Source of the DNA: Acidobacteriota bacterium
GTDB lineage: Bacteria; Acidobacteriota; Thermoanaerobaculia; Multivoradales; UBA5704
Direction: 5' to 3'
Length of the DNA stretch: 64,000 nt
Assembly (NCBI GenBank): GCA_040005235.1
Contig: JBDTZG010000013.1
Coordinates: 1 to 64,000, forward strand
The stretch's first letter is position 1; each line of letters starts with the position of its first letter. The notes beneath the pieces are model-generated. The model was not told the origin of the DNA, made no database searches, and worked only from the letters and a program-made list of their open reading frames with translations. Below, piece after piece: positions 58,772 through 64,000 of the stretch. Both the position numbers and the translations under genes were made by a program.

Positions 58772-60133
58772 TCAACCGGTCCTGAGTTTGCCTCCCGGTA
58801 GGGTCAGCATGACGCGGGTCCCCTTGCCCCTCTTAGACGTCACCACGAAGGTGGCGCCGATGGCCGCCGCGCGTTCGGCCATCGTTTTCAATCCGAAGCG
58901 GCCGCACACGGCGATCTCGTCGGACTTCGGTTCGAATCCCACTCCGTCGTCGCTCACCAACAGAAAAACCGCTTCGCCGTCGTTGGCCAGCGTCACCCGT
59001 ACCCAGCGGGCCTGGGCGTGCTTGCGGACATTCGCCAGCATCTCCTGAAGAATGCGCAGGAGCTGCGTTTGGGTTTCGATGGGCAGCTCGTGGACCGGCT
59101 CGATCGCCAGCTCCAGCTGGATCGAGATCTGCTGCGCCCATCCGCTCGCGTAGTCGGAGATCGCCCCAGGCAAACCGCCCTCTTCCGGAAGGATCGTCCG
59201 CAGGTCGAGAATCTGCTGCCGGACGTCGCCGTAAATGTTGCGCGCCGCTTCGGCAAACTCGTCGAGATGGGTCTGCGCTTCTTCCACCTTCCCCTGGCGC
59301 ATGTACTCGCGCACCACCTGCGCCTTGACGTTGACGTAGGCCAGCACCTGGGCGAGCCCGTCGTGCATCTCGTGCGCGATCCGCAGCCGTTCGCGGTCCG
59401 CCCCGAGCGCCTTCATTTGACTATGAAGGTGAGCGTTGTCGATCGCGATCGCCGCCTGCTCGGCAAAGCGCACCAAGACGTCCTCGTCGTCCTGGCTGAA
59501 GGCGCCGCCCCCTTCTTTTTCCGAGAGGTAGAGGATGCCGTGGTGGGGAGCCCGGCAGGTCACCGGAACGGCGAGAAGGCTGTGCATCGACGGATGCCCA
59601 GGAGGAACGCCCACCGAACGCGGATCCTTCGAGATCTCGTCGACCCGCAGGGTTTGCCCTTCAAAGAGGGGAACGCCAAGGAGGCCCAGGCCGCGAGGCG
59701 GAGCGCCGATCGCGGCTTCACGGTCAGGGCCGATGCCGGAAGTGACAAACGAGGTGATCTGCCCGGCCTGATCCACCATGGTGAGGGCGCCGTACAAGGT
59801 ACCGAGCAGCGCGCAAGCCCGCTCGACGACGGTCTGAAGGACGGTGTCGAGAGAGATGTCCGCGGTCACGACCAGCGCAGCGGCGTGCAGCTCCAGCAGC
59901 TCCCGGTTCTGCCGATGCAGCCGATGCTCGAGCTTCTCCAAGCGCTCCAGCAGCAGTTCGTAAAACAACACCAAAAGGACGAGCGCAACCGACAGGATGA
60001 GGAGACGCGCCGCCCACGGCGAAAGCTTGGGAATCAGCAGTAACTGCCTGGAGATCTCGACGGCGACCAGGAGCAAGAGCGGACCCACCACGGCGATGAA
60101 GCGCAAGCGCCCCGCTGATTCCTCAACCCTCAT
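58772..60133 (-). CDS. GAF-domain sensor histidine kinase (HisKA_3, NarX/DevS-like)
   Basis: Two TMs, GAF (PRSVGVPPGHPSMHSLLAVP), ERLRIAHEMHDGLAQ, QEMLANVRKHA, DDGVGF, FGLKTMAERA. Confidence 0.93.
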   Translation of the reverse strand: MRVEESAGRLRFIAVVGPLLLLVAVEISRQLLLIPKLSPWAARLLILSVALVLLVLFYELLLERLEKLEHRLHRQNRELLELHAAALVVTADISLDTVLQTVVERACALLGTLYGALTMVDQAGQITSFVTSGIGPDREAAIGAPPRGLGLLGVPLFEGQTLRVDEISKDPRSVGVPPGHPSMHSLLAVPVTCRAPHHGILYLSEKEGGGAFSQDDEDVLVRFAEQAAIAIDNAHLHSQMKALGADRERLRIAHEMHDGLAQVLAYVNVKAQVVREYMRQGKVEEAQTHLDEFAEAARNIYGDVRQQILDLRTILPEEGGLPGAISDYASGWAQQISIQLELAIEPVHELPIETQTQLLRILQEMLANVRKHAQARWVRVTLANDGEAVFLLVSDDGVGFEPKSDEIAVCGRFGLKTMAERAAAIGATFVVTSKRGKGTRVMLTLPGGKLRTG

Positions 60134-60152
60134 AATTTACGACTATATCGCC

Positions 60153-60788
60153 TTACGGAAGAGAAGTTGGCTTCGCACCTCGCCGGGGCGCCCGGCTGAG
60201 CCAGAGCCCCGCCAGTCCGGTCATCGACGCGAAGGCGGCCAGAATGAATCCGGCGGAGGGGCGGGCATCGAGCGTGGCTCCGGCAATCGCCAGCCGTCCA
60301 AGCAGCAGAAAAGCCGGACCGACATGCAAGCGGCCGGGCACCGGGGAGAGCGTCGCCAGGATCGACACCAGCCACCGCGCCGTGTCGGCGACGACGATGA
60401 ACGGGAAGCAGATGGCGGGCACGGCCAGCAAGGCCGTCCAGCGGCGGCGGCCGTAGGCGGCGGTCAGTAACAATCCGACCACTACGACCAGTGCCAGGGA
60501 CAAGGATCGTTCCAAGGCGGCAAGGTCCTCGCCCTGGCCATCGCCGGGCCAACCGGCTGCCGAAAGGACTTCGGGAAGCGCCCCGTCCAGTCGGCCCAAA
60601 TACGAGATGAGTTTCACGCCCTGGGGCTGAGCGCGGGTGACCAACTCGATCTGCCAATAGGGAAGCCAATACGAGACGATCAGCAACACGGCGGCGGCGA
60701 CCAGGGTCCCGGTAGCCGCCGGGTTGAGGCGCCGGGATTTGCGAGACCTGGTTTGCGACAGCTCCGCCGCGTTGGTGAAAGGAGCCAT
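60153..60788 (-). CDS. Membrane protein resembling the clade II nos-cluster membrane protein (NosB-like)
   Basis: Four TMs; LPYWQIEL...QPQGVKL.SY...LDGALPEV recalls PxWxIxLxAPQYPxGL; start uncertain. Confidence 0.5.
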   Translation of the reverse strand: MAPFTNAAELSQTRSRKSRRLNPAATGTLVAAAVLLIVSYWLPYWQIELVTRAQPQGVKLISYLGRLDGALPEVLSAAGWPGDGQGEDLAALERSLSLALVVVVGLLLTAAYGRRRWTALLAVPAICFPFIVVADTARWLVSILATLSPVPGRLHVGPAFLLLGRLAIAGATLDARPSAGFILAAFASMTGLAGLWLSRAPRRGAKPTSLP

Positions 60789-60938
60789 TCCACAAGAATA
60801 GACGGCAGCCGCGCAAGCGGCTCCACACATAAGGGTGGGAAAAGAACGCCGCGGGGTAGGGAAAGCCACGCGGCGGGGTGGGGCGGGGATTACTCAAGTG
60901 CTACTGCTCGAAGGCGGAACCTCGCCGGACCCCGAGCT

Positions 60939-61225
60939 TCAGTGCGGCGCATACGCCAGCGGCCGATCCCACGCCGTCCCGCGCAGCAGCTCCGGCCAGG
61001 GCACGTCGGCGGTGAGGATGTTGTTCGGGCTCCCTTCGAACTCGACGTTCAGGAACGCGCCGCTCCGAAACACCGATTCGGGCTGAGTCTCATGGCCGGC
61101 GAAGATCGGCGGTGCGATCAGAATCGCCGAGCTCGGCGTCAGCAGCCCTGTGCAAGGCGCCGGAGCGTTGCGGCACCAAGGCAGGGTCTCGATCCGGCCG
61201 GCCGCCAGCTTGCCCGCCGCAGAAT
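60939..61225 (-). pseudogene. C-terminal fragment of a paralogue of the 61534..62637 protein
   Basis: Manual translation GKLAAGRIETLPWC...PPIFAGHETQPESVFRSGAFLNVEFEGSPNNILTADVPWPELLRGTAW aligns with GRLVGGTVTALPFC...PPVRPGIEVQGEPVFRRGAHLNIDIIDSEFNVFNANVNWADLLRDTAW; in-frame TAG at 61251-61253 and no start codon before the homologous segment. Confidence 0.8.
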
Positions 61226-61533
61226 CTTTGGTCTCATCGCGATCTCCAAGCTAACGCTGCACAACTCGCAGCATTGCTGGCTCATTCTTCGACCGGGGCA
61301 TCGTAAGGATATTTGGGTGACGTGATCTTGCAGGGGCTGCTTCCCTTGCAGGATTCGGGGGACGGCTGCCATTGAATCTGCTCTTGGGAGATTGGCGCGG
61401 CCGTCGGATTCGTTGGATCGAGCCAGAAGACGTCGAAGTTTCCGGGCTGCGAGCCTAGGTGAAGAATCAGGTCTGCCTCTTGGTATCGCGCCGTGGGCCG
61501 ACGCCGGCCGTCGCGCCCTCGGCATGCGCCACC

Positions 61534-62637
61534 TCACGGTACCAGCCCGCCGTTCCACGCCGTGTCGCGCAGGAGGTCCGCCCAATTCACGTTGGCGTTG
61601 AAGACGTTGAACTCGCTGTCGATGATGTCGATGTTCAAATGCGCTCCGCGACGGAAGACCGGCTCGCCCTGCACCTCTATTCCGGGGCGAACCGGGGGAA
61701 GGACGTAGAGACCGACGCCCGGATCCAACACTTGGATGCACGCGGTGGTCAGGAACGTCCCGTCGGGCTGCTCGCAGAACGGCAGCGCCGTTACGGTGCC
61801 TCCGACCAGGCGGCCCGGCGGATCAACATCGACGCGAAACAGGAAGGGCATGCGAAACTCGCCGAAACCACACTCACCGTCCTCATTGCAGAACGCGGTA
61901 TACGGGTAGACGTCCACCCTGTAAGTGAACGGCTGCTCGGCGCGATAGATGACTGCCTTGAATCGGGTTCCAGCACAAAAGGGCGGATTCACAAACGGCT
62001 CCAACAGGCACGTGGTCGGCCGCACCGTCCGCGCCAGGATCGCGAAGACCCGCAGGTCGAAATCCGTCACCTCGCCGTGGCAGGGGGTGAGCAGATCGTC
62101 CACCGCCAGCCCCCGCCCGGCGCCGTCGGCACTCCCCTCCCCTCGGTCGGTGCGGGTGGTCAGTTGCAAGGCGATCGTCGGTCGATCGGGGTTTGGCACC
62201 TGGGGCGCCAGATCCATTTTGATCAGGAGGTTGCCGCGGAAGCCGATGGGCACGTCCAGGTTTGACGCGGTATCGCGGCGCACCAGGGTCGCTTGAGGCA
62301 GGACCGACCGCCGAGGATCGAGAAAATCTTCTCCTCGGCGCAGAATTAGGTCGAATGCAAGCTGCTGCTCTTGGCGGAATCGATCTCCCTGGACCGTGAT
62401 GAATCGCATGTCGTTGGTGCCGACCAGGCCCCGGTAGGCACCGCTCTGCGGGGATGAGCGCCAGAGGAAGAGGCTCGAGCCGAGGTAGGCCACGGAAATG
62501 CGGTGGATCAGCCGGCCCGACTGTTGTTCCTCGCAGGTCACCTGCGCCGGCGTGAGCGGGCGGCTGATCAGCGGTTGGGCGACTGCGGAGACCGTGGAGA
62601 ATAGCCAGAGTGGCAGCAACAGCACAGACGTTCTCAT
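61534..62637 (-). CDS. Secreted Cys-containing hypothetical protein
   Basis: Signal peptide MRTSVLLLPLWLFSTVSAVAQ, 367 aa, AAAGGTG RBS, several paired Cys. Confidence 0.8.
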   Translation of the reverse strand: MRTSVLLLPLWLFSTVSAVAQPLISRPLTPAQVTCEEQQSGRLIHRISVAYLGSSLFLWRSSPQSGAYRGLVGTNDMRFITVQGDRFRQEQQLAFDLILRRGEDFLDPRRSVLPQATLVRRDTASNLDVPIGFRGNLLIKMDLAPQVPNPDRPTIALQLTTRTDRGEGSADGAGRGLAVDDLLTPCHGEVTDFDLRVFAILARTVRPTTCLLEPFVNPPFCAGTRFKAVIYRAEQPFTYRVDVYPYTAFCNEDGECGFGEFRMPFLFRVDVDPPGRLVGGTVTALPFCEQPDGTFLTTACIQVLDPGVGLYVLPPVRPGIEVQGEPVFRRGAHLNIDIIDSEFNVFNANVNWADLLRDTAWNGGLVP

Positions 62638-62655
62638 GGCATCACCTTTCTCTCG

Positions 62656-64000
62656 TCACTGCAACTGCACCCGCAGGAGGATGTCGTACGCGTACTTCGG
62701 CGATTGAATCACACAGCTGCCGCCGTTGCAGGTCTTGCGGCGACCATCCCAATCGATCGTCTGGGTCAAAGTGATCGTGCCGGTCGACGGGGTGATCCAT
62801 TGCACGGTGAACCGGCCGTTGGCGGGACCCAGGTCGAGCAGCGGCAACACTGCCTGGTACTTGTTGCTCGGCCAGATCCGGGCGTCGTAGGCGTTGCGGC
62901 TGAGAAACGAGGGCAGGTTGGCGGCATCCCTCGGGCAGCCGGTCAGGCCGAAGTCGACCTCCGTTGGGATCTGGTCCGGGTGCGCAGGGTCTCTTGGCTT
63001 CTGGCAGCGAACGGTGCTGTGATGAAGATAGAGGAGAAACAAGCGCTTCGAATCGTTGAGCGAGGTTTGGAGCGAAGCCCAATAACGTTGAGAGATCCGG
63101 ACCGTGTCGAGGTCTGTGAGAGTGGTGCCGTCCGGGTAGATATTCAAGCCGACCCAGGCGGGTGCCCGCGACGAAGACAGAATCTTCCCCTGCTCGATGT
63201 ACGGGCGGAGAAAACGAGCCATCACGCCCAGCTGGCGGCGGATGTCGGCCGGGGTGTTCGGGTTGCCCCCGGAGAGGTAGCCCCAGGAGTCGTGGATGCC
63301 CCCCTGATCCAGCAGGAACTCCCAGGCCTCCGCCCGCGCCGGTTCGGGAAGGCCCTGTTGGAGCGCCCCGTCCACGTGCCCCCGGGTGCCGCCTTTGCCG
63401 CCAAACGGCGTGATCTTCGTTTCGTTGAAGCCGAACGGGCGTTGGCGGCTGCCGTATTTCTGGACGAGGGTGAGGGCGCCGGCATCAAGCTTGCGCGACA
63501 CACCTCCCGGCAGCGTGGAGGCGAGGTTCGTGCCGACAGTCGTGTAGTGCCCGTTCAAGATATCCACGTTCGGATCGTTGCGGTATTGGTCGGCGCCGAG
63601 CTGGCTGAAAGGCTGCACCGCGATCAAGTGCCCGCCCGGGTCGAGCTTGGGGTACTTGGCCTCCTCGTCCATCGTTGCGCGGATCATGTCCTTTTGCCAT
63701 TTGGCGACAGCCAGGGGATCGACCGTCTCGGGATCGGGTTCGTTGGCGATCTCCCACCAGACGTTGTCGAAGCACCAGAGCTCGCGGACGGTCCAGAGGA
63801 TCACGTTCTTTTGCGCCGCGCGCATCTTCAGGTTGGCCAGCGCTTCGGGGGTTCCGCGGAGGTCGTCCACTACCGCATATTCCTTCTGCGAGAACTTGAC
63901 GATTTCCAGCTGGCCGTTCGTCCCCGGCAAGCGCCCCTTGCCGCCCCAGGGGCCGGCCTCGAAGAAATCCCCTTCGAACGGCGCGAAGAAGGTCACCTCG
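62656..64000 (-). CDS. Putative clan GH-A glycoside hydrolase-like protein (5' end outside window)
   Basis: WEIANEP acid/base-type motif, GHY, FNET candidate nucleophile, C-terminal beta domain FTVQWITPSTG. Confidence 0.6.
   Translation of the reverse strand, partial: EVTFFAPFEGDFFEAGPWGGKGRLPGTNGQLEIVKFSQKEYAVVDDLRGTPEALANLKMRAAQKNVILWTVRELWCFDNVWWEIANEPDPETVDPLAVAKWQKDMIRATMDEEAKYPKLDPGGHLIAVQPFSQLGADQYRNDPNVDILNGHYTTVGTNLASTLPGGVSRKLDAGALTLVQKYGSRQRPFGFNETKITPFGGKGGTRGHVDGALQQGLPEPARAEAWEFLLDQGGIHDSWGYLSGGNPNTPADIRRQLGVMARFLRPYIEQGKILSSSRAPAWVGLNIYPDGTTLTDLDTVRISQRYWASLQTSLNDSKRLFLLYLHHSTVRCQKPRDPAHPDQIPTEVDFGLTGCPRDAANLPSFLSRNAYDARIWPSNKYQAVLPLLDLGPANGRFTVQWITPSTGTITLTQTIDWDGRRKTCNGGSCVIQSPKYAYDILLRVQLQ

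Overview
High-GC chromosomal window, probably from an Acidobacteriota genome (Thermoanaerobaculia-like). The taxonomy is inferred from gene style only. The first ~28 kb is mostly core: accC/accB, a roadblock (MglB/MglC-like) and a TPR gene, three lipoproteins and pilMNOPQ, then eno-ftsB, a CsgG-like gene, maeB, and ogt among three XRE regulators that share a precisely positioned promoter and palindrome. The rest is accessory. It holds (i) a duplicated ECF sigma plus double-zinc-finger anti-sigma, divergent from a TPR-CHAT caspase-like protease, with candidate ECF promoters; (ii) glgP and decayed toxin-antitoxin genes next to a non-coding 22/22/21-bp tandem repeat; (iii) the top candidate, a lasso-peptide-like operon (cyclase, 58-aa precursor, secreted gingipain-family C25 protease, HPr-kinase-like protein, then an FG-GAP protein) with no RRE (B1) or B2 leader protease in the window; (iv) tandem secreted paralogues of an unrecognised domain, an MscS-DEP fusion, a NarL-type two-component system and a pseudogene fragment. 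No rRNA, tRNA, CRISPR array, transposase or integrase was recognised. All protein calls come from motif recognition by eye, with no database search.
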